In this document: piece after piece, positions 37,456 through 47,113 of the stretch
Position numbering within the stretch: the stretch's first letter is position 1
How the letters are laid out: each line of letters begins with the position of its first letter
DNA from: Ignavibacteria bacterium
GTDB taxonomy: Bacteria; Bacteroidota; Ignavibacteria; Kapaibacteriales; UBA961
NCBI GenBank assembly: GCA_016720145.1
Contig: JADJXV010000007.1
Span: 183,634-247,633 of the forward strand
DNA: 64,000 nt
Reading direction: 5' to 3'
Made by a program: the position numbers and the translations under genes
The notes under the pieces: generated by a model
Database searches by the model: none
Told to the model about the DNA's origin: nothing
Seen by the model: only the letters and a program-made list of their open reading frames with translations

Positions 37456-38657
37456 TCATACTTTAGAGACAGACCCAAGTATCGCTTCACGACTTGCGCC
37501 TGTAACTGAGGGAATATTTCCGGTGAGACCACCTAACGTTCGATAAGCAAGAAATGCAAAACAGAGCGCTTCTTTTGCATCAGAGTTAATACCAATTTCA
37601 TCTGATGTGATAATAGATGCTTTTGGTAATTCATTCTTGAGCAATTGCATTAGTGTTTTGTTATGAATTCCACCGCCGGAAGCTATAATTTTGGATGTTG
37701 GGTCAGCAAAAAGCCGTATGTTTTCTGCAATTGACCATGATGTGAATTCTGTTATCGTTCGTACTACATCTTCTGATGGAATAGAAGGTTGAAAAGTCGT
37801 TCGAATTCTTTTCTCAAGCCATGATTTATTAAATACTTCACGACCCGTTGACTTAGGTGGCTTTTGTGATATAAATTTGTGATCTTTTAATTGTTCAAGC
37901 ATAGTTCTGATAGGACGTCCTGCAGCAGCGATCGATCCATTTTTATCGTAATTCTTACCAAAGAACATTGTAGTCGAAGCATCGATGAGTACATTTCCGG
38001 GACCGGTATCAAAGGCAATAACCGGTTCGGCTTTAGAAGCAGGTAAGAGTGTTATATTTGCAATTCCACCGATATTGAGTGCAATTACATTCCTAGTAGA
38101 ATCGCGAAGAAAAACCGAGTCAAAGAGGGGGACTAAAGGAGCACCTTGACCTCCGAGAGCCACATCAGCTGAACGAAAATCACTCACAACGGTTGTCGAT
38201 AAAAGTGCTGCAAGTGTCTGACCAGAAGTGAGTTGGAGTGTATTGCCAAGTTTGGTGTATAATTTTTTAGTCGGCTTTGGCGCATGCCATACTGTCTGTC
38301 CATGAAAGCCAATACCATCGAGCTGTTCTGGAGTAATAGAGCATGCAGTACAAGCATCAACTACAGCGCTAGCATGAAATTCGGTAAGAGCTGAGGTCAG
38401 AAAGCTTACATCTGCTATAGATATTTTTTTTCAATACATCGTAAGATTTCGGCTCGTATTGCCTCAGAATAGGGGATAGTTTGGTGAAGAATTGGTTTGA
38501 ATTGTATACCTTCTCTATTTGTTGTAAATTCAGCAATTGCTACATCAATTCCATCGAGAGAGGTACCGGACATTAGTCCACACATGATGCGAGGTTGGGA
38601 AAACCATTCAGAAGAATTAAGGTTCATTATTTTATAATTATTTAAAATATCATGCAC
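37456..38657 (-). pseudogene. anmK: anhydro-N-acetylmuramic acid kinase, frameshifted in an A8 run (T8 at 38424-38431 on the plus strand)
   Basis: N-terminal fragment GLMSGTSLDGIDVAIAEF. The middle and C-terminal part ...GFHGQTVWHAPKP...SDFRSADVALGGQGAPLVP is open in another frame. One extra A would restore a single ORF. The likely true start is the MNLNSS Met at 38627. Confidence 0.8.
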
Positions 38658-39338
38658 ATAGAGCTACGAGGAGTATCTGTTAAATTTGACGTTATTCCTG
38701 CACTATCCAATATCAATTGTATTTTGCCAGAGGGTCAAACTACTCTTATGATTGGTGTGACAGGTTCGGGAAAAACTACGTTTTTACGTCTTTTGTTTGC
38801 CGATTTACTTCCGGCAAGCGGTTCTGTCTTTTTGAATGGTCAGAATACATCGATTATGAAACGAAGTCAAAAGCACGAACTCCGTCGCAAAATAGGCATT
38901 ATATTTCAGGATTGCAAGCTCCTCAACGGAATGACAGTCTTTGAAAACGTGATGACACCACTGGTTGTCACAGAATATTCAACAAAAGAAATGGACAATA
39001 GATGTTTGGAAGTGCTAGCAGATATTGGTATTAGTCATTTACGTAATAAATATTCACATGAGCTCTCGGGAGGTGAGAAGCATTTGGTAGCGCTTGCCAG
39101 GGCAATTGTTCATAAGCCTGATTTTGTAATTGCAGATGAGCCTACCGGTAATTTGGATGCCGAATCAACAATAGTAGTAGCGGAAGCTCTTCAAAAGCAA
39201 GCTGAAAAAGGAACAACGGTGATTATTTCGACTCATAGTAGTGAACTAATTTCATGTTTTCCGAAAGCTGCAAGAATTGAAATCCACAACGGAAAAATTA
39301 TAAAGTCACTATCATTTGCTTCAAAGACAATTCAATAA
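38652..39338 (+). CDS. ftsE: FtsE-like ABC ATP-binding protein (no adjacent FtsX)
   Basis: 228 aa with Walker A GVTGSGKTT, LRRKIGIIFQDCKLL, LSGGEKH and Walker B FVIADEPTGNLD. Confidence 0.6.
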   Translation: MHIELRGVSVKFDVIPALSNINCILPEGQTTLMIGVTGSGKTTFLRLLFADLLPASGSVFLNGQNTSIMKRSQKHELRRKIGIIFQDCKLLNGMTVFENVMTPLVVTEYSTKEMDNRCLEVLADIGISHLRNKYSHELSGGEKHLVALARAIVHKPDFVIADEPTGNLDAESTIVVAEALQKQAEKGTTVIISTHSSELISCFPKAARIEIHNGKIIKSLSFASKTIQ

Positions 39339-39350
39339 ATAAGTAACTAC

Positions 39351-40106
39351 ATGAATATGAACAAGTATCCGCGAATTGCACTAATTGGTAACGGTTCGAT
39401 GGGGAAGGAAATATCCAGAATTGCCGGTGAGCATGGAATTCATATATCGCGCATATTTGATGAGAACAATCGATTAGTAGAATCATCTCCAAATGATTTT
39501 GATGTTGCGATAGATTTTTCTACGCCAAGTGCTGTTGTTGAAAATATAATGTCAGTCTGCACACTTCAAAAAAACATTGTTATTGGTACAACCGGGTGGC
39601 TGGATCAATTACAGAAAATTCAGCAACTAGTAGATAAATATAAAATTGGTGTGGTGTATGGCTCCAATTATTCAATTGGAATGCAAATGTATTTCCGAAT
39701 TATTCAGCAGGCTGCGCGTCTCATTAATGCAACACCTGACTATGATATATTTATGCAGGAAATACATCACAAGAGAAAGATTGATAGTCCGAGTGGAACA
39801 GCATTATCTATTGGTAAGATCATACTCGATGAAGTAGAACGCAAATCAATAATTAACTCTGAAACATGTCTTGGAAAAATAGTTCCCGAGGAATTTCATA
39901 TTTCATCATTGCGGGGAGGGGAAGTAACCGGTACTCATACAGTTATGATTGATTCTATAGCCGACACAATTGAGCTCACACACAGAGCGAAGAATAGAAG
40001 TGGTTTTGCATCGGGTGCTTTGGTAGCAGCAGAATGGATATGGAAAAAGCAAGGTCTCTATGATTTTTCGGAACAATTTGAAAATATTATGAATTCGGGA
40101 CTTTAA
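39351..40106 (+). CDS. dapB: 4-hydroxy-tetrahydrodipicolinate reductase
   Basis: EIHHKRKIDSPSGTAL signature, N-terminal Rossmann IALIGNGSMGK, 251 aa. Confidence 0.9.
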   Translation: MNMNKYPRIALIGNGSMGKEISRIAGEHGIHISRIFDENNRLVESSPNDFDVAIDFSTPSAVVENIMSVCTLQKNIVIGTTGWLDQLQKIQQLVDKYKIGVVYGSNYSIGMQMYFRIIQQAARLINATPDYDIFMQEIHHKRKIDSPSGTALSIGKIILDEVERKSIINSETCLGKIVPEEFHISSLRGGEVTGTHTVMIDSIADTIELTHRAKNRSGFASGALVAAEWIWKKQGLYDFSEQFENIMNSGL

Positions 40107-40109
40107 TAA

Positions 40110-40571
40110 ATGAAAATGCTACTAAAACAATTGAAATTCGGTGTGTTTATTATTTCTGTTATCTTTATGATGGTCATACGGGCTGATAGTACTGATTATG
40201 AATCTCCACGATCTTTTATTGTATCTGATAGTGTGTATCCACCTGAAATTGAGATACTTCCGGCAGAACTTCATTTAGATTTTAATCAGGGTGATTTTAT
40301 AGTTAAGGATATTACTATTCTAAATCGGGGAGGTCAAGCACTTGAAATCTACGGTATGCGAGGGTCTTGCTTTTGTGCCAATGCTGCGATTATTCATTCC
40401 TACATCGTACCTTTTAGTAAAGGTACGATACGCTTATCGGTGAATACAAAAAACCTTTCAGATTCTATCCAGCGAATCGATTATACCATTCGAACGAATA
40501 CGCCTGATTCTTCAAAAAACTACCGAGTATATTTACATTTACTGCCTAAAGACACTACTGCCATTAAATAA
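40110..40571 (+). CDS. DUF1573-like secreted protein
   Basis: Signal/anchor sequence, then ...ILNRGGQALEIYGMRGSCFCANA resembling the DUF1573 pattern. Confidence 0.5.
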   Translation: MKMLLKQLKFGVFIISVIFMMVIRADSTDYESPRSFIVSDSVYPPEIEILPAELHLDFNQGDFIVKDITILNRGGQALEIYGMRGSCFCANAAIIHSYIVPFSKGTIRLSVNTKNLSDSIQRIDYTIRTNTPDSSKNYRVYLHLLPKDTTAIK

Positions 40572-40644
40572 TAGTCGTCGCTTACTTCTTATAAATCAAA
40601 AAGTAACGTCTATTCCTCCCGATAAAATGTTGAATTTACTGATA

Positions 40645-41913
40645 CTATAATCTATAAAAATAGATACCGGACCAATTTGCTTGGCCACCGAGTGTTAGCT
40701 TAATGTTTGAATTAGACAAGTTATAATATGCAGTTTGAGGGGAATCATCGCCCGGCCATTCCGGTGGCTTTGGTACAGGTTTAATTGCAGGATCTCCAGG
40801 ATTCCTTAAAAGCCCAAGCTGCATTTGAGTCTCAGCCGGTAGTAAATATTTATAAGATGATGCAATTGAAATAGTTTCGTACGAAAGCCCACCAAAAACA
40901 TCAATGATGTCTTCATAGCTTTTACTCGCCTGTACATTTACACTAAACATTGTACCATCCGATATCAGCTCTGCGTTTGTCACCCCAATTGAATTTTCTA
41001 AATGTGTACCTTAATACACTACTTGAACTGCTGCGTCAAAGATATGGTTGTCAAAATATTGTGATATGCTGTGCTTGAGACCTATCCCCCAAAATGCAAA
41101 CTTTCCAATATTTTTATCGATTTTCATTGGTGGAATGAATCGAAGTAAAAGCTCAGTTCCATATAATGATCCAATTTCAAATTGAGGTATTGCTGAAAAA
41201 ACAGTGCTAATGTTCCCACCGGTTGGTAATGCAAAAAAAGGAGGGAATCCCATAATTGCCTTTTCGAGCGAATCTTTAACACTTTTACTGAGAGCATTAC
41301 TTTTGTAAATAGCGCTTAAATAGGGATCAGTTTGTAGTTGATCGATAAAGTACTGGTTGTTTAATTTAAGTCCGGCAGTGCTATTTCCAAAAATGGTCGC
41401 AGATTTATAAGGAAATGACATCCCACTTGTTGCAGAATCCTCATTAAGACCTTTGTAAAAAAGATACTTAAGAATGTTCACTACCATTCCTGCTGTATCT
41501 TTGATTCGAGCTGTGCCATTCAAAAGATCAAATACTACAGCATTTGTATCAGCTATGACTTGTCCTATAGTCATCCCCGGGGCGAGAGGTGTATATGTCT
41601 TTTGGTCATCTCTTACAAATCCGAACATAGAATGTAAGCCAATGCGGAAATAGGGCTTATCTACCTTTTTAGGTACAAATGCTGTACGAAAAAACCGAGA
41701 GTTCGCGGTTGCGTTGGAAGTAGTTACTAAAGGCTGCATAAAAGGACCGCTATTGGGACCTAGTAGTTCTTTCGATACTCTACGAGCCATTTCAACGGAG
41801 AGTGGATTAGCATGAGGAGCAACTACTTGAGCTGTAAGAATAGATACACCACAAATTAACAATATCAAGGGAAGAAGAAGGAATGCTTTTTTCATATTAA
41901 TCCTCGTATTCAT
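40645..41913 (-). pseudogene. secreted/outer-membrane-like hypothetical protein interrupted by an in-frame TAA (41011-41013)
   Basis: The upstream ORF has a signal peptide (MKKAFLLLPLILLICGVSILTAQ). The downstream ORF is exactly in phase: ...AAVQVVY*GTHLENSIGVTNAELISDG... Confidence 0.5.
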
Positions 41914-42850
41914 TAATAAGATTATGTCCTAATTGTAAAGCGCCATCGAGTGCTGTACCTACCGGATGAACTACTGCAATGTTCTTGATATCTTTCAGAT
42001 ATGTATTGAGTAATCGTAATAACAATGTATCATTTTCCAACATTCCACCCATACATGCAACTTCGATAATATTATTAGAATTAATATACTTGCGGCGAAC
42101 TGAAACTATATTGTCAACTAAATATTTAGCCGATCTGTCAATTATATCATAGCATATTACATCTCCATTATCAGCACATTTCATCACCAAGGGAGTTAAG
42201 GAGTGATATTCAAAAATTCTTTCGGAATAAGCTGAAACAATTGTTCTCGGCTTGTCTTTTTGGAGCATTGGATACTGACCGATGAGCACATCGTAGAGGG
42301 CAGTTTGTTCGCTTCGGCCATCAATTCCGCGTACAATTGCATTCAATCCTTCTCGACCTATCCATGCACCGCTTCCTTCATCGTCAAGTTCAATACCCCA
42401 GCCGCCACTTCGTACAATTTCACCATCTGAAATTTTTCCGAGTGTAATTGTTCCGGTACCTGCAATGAGTGCAATACCATTATTGCCTCCTAATACACCT
42501 TCTAGAGCAATTTCAGCATCACTGATTACCAACAAATCATTAATCGTAATTTTACTATTTCGTGCAAGTGTTTTAATTAATTGGTTTGAGCGTAATTTTT
42601 CTTCTTCTAGCCACACACCAGCAAGGCCAATGACGATCGCATCAATTTCACTTGAATCAATTGCTGTTCGGTTACATAAATCACGTATCATGTTTACTAG
42701 GCGCTCACAGGATTCACCAACGCCGACAGCGCCTATCCTTGTCGTACCAGCTACTATTGTACAGAGTATTTCATCTCCTTTTTTAATTATACCCCGCGTT
42801 TTAGAACCTCCACCATCGATTGCAATAAGCGTTAATTCATCTTTGTTCAT
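41897..42850 (-). CDS. BadF/BadG/BcrA/BcrD-type ATPase (N-acetylglucosamine kinase-like)
   Basis: LIAIDGGGSKTRG and AGTGTI motifs of the ASKHA sugar-kinase fold. 317 aa. Confidence 0.7.
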   Translation of the reverse strand: MNKDELTLIAIDGGGSKTRGIIKKGDEILCTIVAGTTRIGAVGVGESCERLVNMIRDLCNRTAIDSSEIDAIVIGLAGVWLEEEKLRSNQLIKTLARNSKITINDLLVISDAEIALEGVLGGNNGIALIAGTGTITLGKISDGEIVRSGGWGIELDDEGSGAWIGREGLNAIVRGIDGRSEQTALYDVLIGQYPMLQKDKPRTIVSAYSERIFEYHSLTPLVMKCADNGDVICYDIIDRSAKYLVDNIVSVRRKYINSNNIIEVACMGGMLENDTLLLRLLNTYLKDIKNIAVVHPVGTALDGALQLGHNLINEYED

Positions 42851-43019
42851 AATGTATTGTATAGAATGGTTTTACTTGATTTGAAATCTATTGAAATGTT
42901 AGAATACATTCACAATCTACTAAATGTACACAAAACAGTACTATATGATATAAGCATTTGATAATGAATGAGATATATAGAAATAAACAGTCTGTGCTTT
43001 ACATGGGATGTACATCAGT

Positions 43020-44867
43020 CTATCGTAAATAAAGAGTTAACACAGCTAAATCTGTAGATGAAACTCCGGCAATTCTTGATGCTTGTCCTAATGATAATGG
43101 ACGAATTTTGTTCAACTTTTCTCGTGATTCAGCTGAAAGAGATTTAATCTTTGAGTAATCCAACGATTCAGGAATATGTTTTTCTTCATTTTGTTTAAAC
43201 ATAGCTACTTCAGCCACTTGGCGTTCTATATATCCCTCGTATTTGATGTAAATTTCTGACTTGTCGACTAAAAAACTGTTTATTAGGAATTCAGGTGGGT
43301 TTTCAATCTGCCTGAAAAGGGATTCTAAAGATACATTGTTTCTTTTCGCGAGTACATCCAACGTAGTCGAGGATTGAATTTCATTTTCATTGTTGTCCAA
43401 AAGAAACGGATTGATATTTTTCGGCTTTACTTTGGTTGTTTTTGAAAAGTCAATTATCTTCTTCACTAATAGTTCTTTATGGGCGATAGTTTGGTAATCA
43501 ATATCTGATATCAAGCCATATTTGTGTCCAAAGCAGCTAAGTCGTTCGTATGCATTGTCTTGTCTAAGTAATAATCTATACTCTGCTAATGAGGTAAAAA
43601 TTCGATAAGGTTCTTCAGATTCTTTATTGATCAAATCATCGATCATAACACCGATATATGCCTGCGATCGATCCAGAATAAAAGGAGGCTCACTTTTAAA
43701 ACGTAACGCAGCATTTATTCCCGCTATTATTCCTTGTGCGCCTGCTTCTTCATAGCCGGATGTTCCATTTATTTGACCTGCAAAAAACAAACCTTCGACA
43801 TGCTTGGTTTCTAATGTTGGGCGTAATTGATTAGGCAAAAAATAATCATATTCGACAGCATATCCATATTTCAAGATTTTGGCATTTTCAAGCCCTACAA
43901 TCGAATGCAACCCTTTTTCTTGTGTTTCTTTCGGTAAACTCGTCGAAAAGCCATTAACATAAACAGAGTTTGTGTTAAGTCCTTCACGTTCAAGTACTAT
44001 CTGATGTGAAGTTTTATCACTAAATCTATCGATCTTATCTTCTATAGAAGGGCAATATCGTGGTCCTTTACCGGAAATAGTACCGGTGAACATTGGAGAT
44101 TGTGAAAATCCTGTTCGAAGTATATCATGAGTTTTTTGTGAGGTGTTCGTTGAGTGGCAAGTTTGAACGTTTTTAACTTGAAAGGTTCTAAACGAAAATG
44201 GTTGTGGATGCTCATCCCCGCCAAATAATGAAAGGTTCTGATAGTTGATCGTGTGTCTGTTAATACGAGGTGGTGTACCCGTTTTTAATCTTCCTGTATG
44301 AAATCCAAAAGATTGCAAATCTTTGGAGACTGACTTTGATGATTTTTCACCTACCCTTCCACCTTCTTCTCCTTTCATTCCGGTGTACATTATTCCATTC
44401 AAGAATGTACCTGAACATAGTACCACGCATTTTGCAGTAACTGATTCACCGGTCTCGGTTACAATCCCTCCAACTTTTCCATTGTTAATTATTATCGAAG
44501 TAATATTTGAATTTACAATCGTTAAATTTGGTGTGTTTAGCAGTAGTTGTTGTGCAAATAGAGGATATAAATCTTTGTCATTCTGAGATCTACTCGACCA
44601 AACAGCCGGACCTTTGGATGTGTTTAATAGCTTGAATTGCAATCCACTCTTATCTGCAAGTGTACCCATCACACCACCTAAAGCATCTATTTCTTTTGCG
44701 AGATGTCCTTTTGCACTCCCTCCAATAGAAGGATTGCATGATAAACGCCCTATAGACTTCACATCCATTGAGAATAGAGCTGTATTGCAGCCCATCTTCG
44801 CTGATGCGACGCTCGCTTCTATACCAGCATGTCCTCCGCCTATGACTATAATATCAAAATGTATCAT
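43020..44867 (-). CDS. mnmG: tRNA uridine-5-carboxymethylaminomethyl modification enzyme MnmG (GidA)
   Basis: FDIIVIGGGHAGIEAS FAD motif, 615 aa, MnmG pattern conserved throughout. Confidence 0.95.
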   Translation of the reverse strand: MIHFDIIVIGGGHAGIEASVASAKMGCNTALFSMDVKSIGRLSCNPSIGGSAKGHLAKEIDALGGVMGTLADKSGLQFKLLNTSKGPAVWSSRSQNDKDLYPLFAQQLLLNTPNLTIVNSNITSIIINNGKVGGIVTETGESVTAKCVVLCSGTFLNGIMYTGMKGEEGGRVGEKSSKSVSKDLQSFGFHTGRLKTGTPPRINRHTINYQNLSLFGGDEHPQPFSFRTFQVKNVQTCHSTNTSQKTHDILRTGFSQSPMFTGTISGKGPRYCPSIEDKIDRFSDKTSHQIVLEREGLNTNSVYVNGFSTSLPKETQEKGLHSIVGLENAKILKYGYAVEYDYFLPNQLRPTLETKHVEGLFFAGQINGTSGYEEAGAQGIIAGINAALRFKSEPPFILDRSQAYIGVMIDDLINKESEEPYRIFTSLAEYRLLLRQDNAYERLSCFGHKYGLISDIDYQTIAHKELLVKKIIDFSKTTKVKPKNINPFLLDNNENEIQSSTTLDVLAKRNNVSLESLFRQIENPPEFLINSFLVDKSEIYIKYEGYIERQVAEVAMFKQNEEKHIPESLDYSKIKSLSAESREKLNKIRPLSLGQASRIAGVSSTDLAVLTLYLR

Positions 44868-44885
44868 TTGAATAAATTCGATTAG

Positions 44886-44905
44886 AATGTTTCACGTGAA
44901 ACATT
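44886..44905. promoter_or_regulatory. perfect 20-bp palindrome AATGTTTCACGTGAAACATT between mnmE and mnmG
   Basis: Read directly. No T-run follows on either strand, so it is operator-like rather than an obvious terminator. Confidence 0.4.
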
Positions 44906-44980
44906 GCCATGACTGGAATATGTAGACGAGATAAAATAGAGTGTCTTAGTCCGCAATAATAATACCAAAGCCAAAATGTA

Positions 44981-46339
44981 TTATTTCCCAATACAAAATT
45001 GGGAGAAAATAGTGTTAAGTATTTCTTCGTTAAGTACTTCTCCAGTAATTTCGCCAAGTTTTGAAATTGCGTGCCTGATATCTAGGGCGACAAATTCATT
45101 GGACATTCGTTTCTCCAAAGAAAGTCTTGCAGTTGATAGATATATTGAAATATCTGACAGGAGAGAAGCGTGGCGTTGGTTTAATAAAACATCTGATACT
45201 CGTTCTGTACTTGAGGTTGCAATGTATTCGATATACTGTTTTATACTTGCGATGCCATTACCTTCGAGTGCAGAAACATAAAAAACATCATTTGTAGTAT
45301 TAGAAGTTGGGGATGTGGCGATATCGACTTTATTATGAACAAGGCAGATTTTTTTATGAGGATAAAGGTCTTGTAATGAATTCAACAAAGAATGAGAATA
45401 ATGCTCGCCTAAAGATAGATCATTAATAACAAAGATCAGGTTACTCGAGTCGAGCAAGCTGTGAGTTAATGCAATACCTTCAAGCTCAATACTATCTTTG
45501 GAGTCGTTCCTTAACCCGGCCGTATCATAGATGGTAATTGCAATACCATTCAAAGTAATAATATCTTGAATATAATCACGAGTAGTGCCTGCAATTGGAC
45601 TAACGATTGAGCGGTGTTTGTTGAGTAATGAGTTAAATAAGGTTGACTTGCCAGCGTTAGGATATCCGGCTAAGCCAATTTGAAATCCGTTTCTCAGGAT
45701 TGTTGAGGCTGTAGTATCTGATAATTGATGACATGTAAGAATTATCTCATCAAGCATAGATAGTAAGTGGTTTTTATCGACAAATTCAATATCTTCGCCG
45801 GAAAAATCGAGTTCTAATTCAAGTAAAGCACAAACAGAAAGCAAGCTTTGCCGAAGTATTTGTATGGTTTTGGCAAATCCACCAATAAGCTGACGTGCGG
45901 CAACATGTGAGCCTCTAGAAGAAACAGAGTGAATTAAATCAGCAACAGCTTCGACTTGCGTAAGATCTAACTTGCCATTTATGAACGCACGTCGTGTAAA
46001 TTCGCCGGGGTCAGCATAACGAGCTCCTTGCCGAAGGAGAGCAGTGGTAACTTCATCTGAAACGACGAAACCTCCATGGCATCCGATTTCAACAGTATTT
46101 TCACCTGTATACGAGTGTGGTGCTCTAAAGACAGATGAAGTGACAGTATCTAATAATTCATCGTTGTCATAAAATTTACCATAGTGGATTGTATGCGAAG
46201 CTACATCAGCTAAAGCTTTTTTACCTCGAAAACATTTATCAGCGATCAGAAAAGCGTCATTACCTGAAAGGCGTATCACGGCTAGACCAGAAACACCGGG
46301 AGGTGTGGCGAGGGCACAAATTGTATCGTCTGTTATCAT
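44981..46339 (-). CDS. mnmE: tRNA modification GTPase MnmE (TrmE)
   Basis: G domain GYPNAGKSTLFNSL, DTAGLR, NKVD, and C-terminal FCIGK. Confidence 0.95.
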   Translation of the reverse strand: MITDDTICALATPPGVSGLAVIRLSGNDAFLIADKCFRGKKALADVASHTIHYGKFYDNDELLDTVTSSVFRAPHSYTGENTVEIGCHGGFVVSDEVTTALLRQGARYADPGEFTRRAFINGKLDLTQVEAVADLIHSVSSRGSHVAARQLIGGFAKTIQILRQSLLSVCALLELELDFSGEDIEFVDKNHLLSMLDEIILTCHQLSDTTASTILRNGFQIGLAGYPNAGKSTLFNSLLNKHRSIVSPIAGTTRDYIQDIITLNGIAITIYDTAGLRNDSKDSIELEGIALTHSLLDSSNLIFVINDLSLGEHYSHSLLNSLQDLYPHKKICLVHNKVDIATSPTSNTTNDVFYVSALEGNGIASIKQYIEYIATSSTERVSDVLLNQRHASLLSDISIYLSTARLSLEKRMSNEFVALDIRHAISKLGEITGEVLNEEILNTIFSQFCIGK

Positions 46340-46379
46340 ATCAACAGTAGTATTATAATATAGTTAGTTAAAAATATAT

Positions 46380-47108
46380 ATGGAGAATTACTTTAGCTTT
46401 GGGACAGTATCATCAACGAATGATATTGCAAAAATACTTCTTGATCAAATAAACGAAGTGATAATTACTGCAAATTACCAAACAAAAGGTCGAGGAAGAA
46501 ATAATAAACATTGGGTAGGTGATTATGGAAAAAACATCTATTTATCATATGGCATTAAACATAGGAATTTGGAGACAAGTTTAAGTCATACCATGCTTAT
46601 GTATCAATCTATCGGATGTTTGGCGGTGAAAAAAGTCTTGGAATATATAGCACCGAATCTACAATTTGTGCTTAAATACCCCAATGATATATATGCACTA
46701 CAGAATAATCGATGGAAAAAGATATCGGGTGTGTTAATTGAAAATGAATTTGTTGGCTCAAATTTAAAATCGACGATTATCGGTATTGGTATAAATGGAT
46801 CGCAACAGATATTTGATGCGGAATTAGCTGCTACATCTCTTGTATTATTAGGGATTAAAGCGGATATATTGGATATCAAACATCGATTAATTAGAGAGAT
46901 AAAGATCTATGTAAATGCCGAGGCGGAATATATAATCAAAGAATGGAAGAAAGAGTTACGAATTAATAAAAAAATGATACAGATAGTGGGTGAAGAGGGA
47001 ATTTGGAAAGTGCAGGATATCAACGAATTCGGATTATTGATTTTAAGTAATGAAGGGAAAGAAAGAGTAATCAACAACGGAGATTCAATTCGTTATGAAT
47101 TGGAGTAA
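46380..47108 (+). CDS. birA: biotin--[acetyl-CoA-carboxylase] ligase, group I (no N-terminal HTH)
   Basis: The QTKGRGRNNKHW motif (GRGRxxxxW), 242 aa. Confidence 0.8.
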   Translation: MENYFSFGTVSSTNDIAKILLDQINEVIITANYQTKGRGRNNKHWVGDYGKNIYLSYGIKHRNLETSLSHTMLMYQSIGCLAVKKVLEYIAPNLQFVLKYPNDIYALQNNRWKKISGVLIENEFVGSNLKSTIIGIGINGSQQIFDAELAATSLVLLGIKADILDIKHRLIREIKIYVNAEAEYIIKEWKKELRINKKMIQIVGEEGIWKVQDINEFGLLILSNEGKERVINNGDSIRYELE

Positions 47109-47113
47109 CTAAT

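Noticed and set aside
14531-41013. Stop-codon reassignment (TAA or TGA as sense) as an explanation for the in-frame stops
   Set aside because: TAA terminates rpsF, tkt-C and pepF at family-typical lengths. TGA does the same for the ABC exporter, cca and the PLP enzyme. The affected genes also carry frameshifts.
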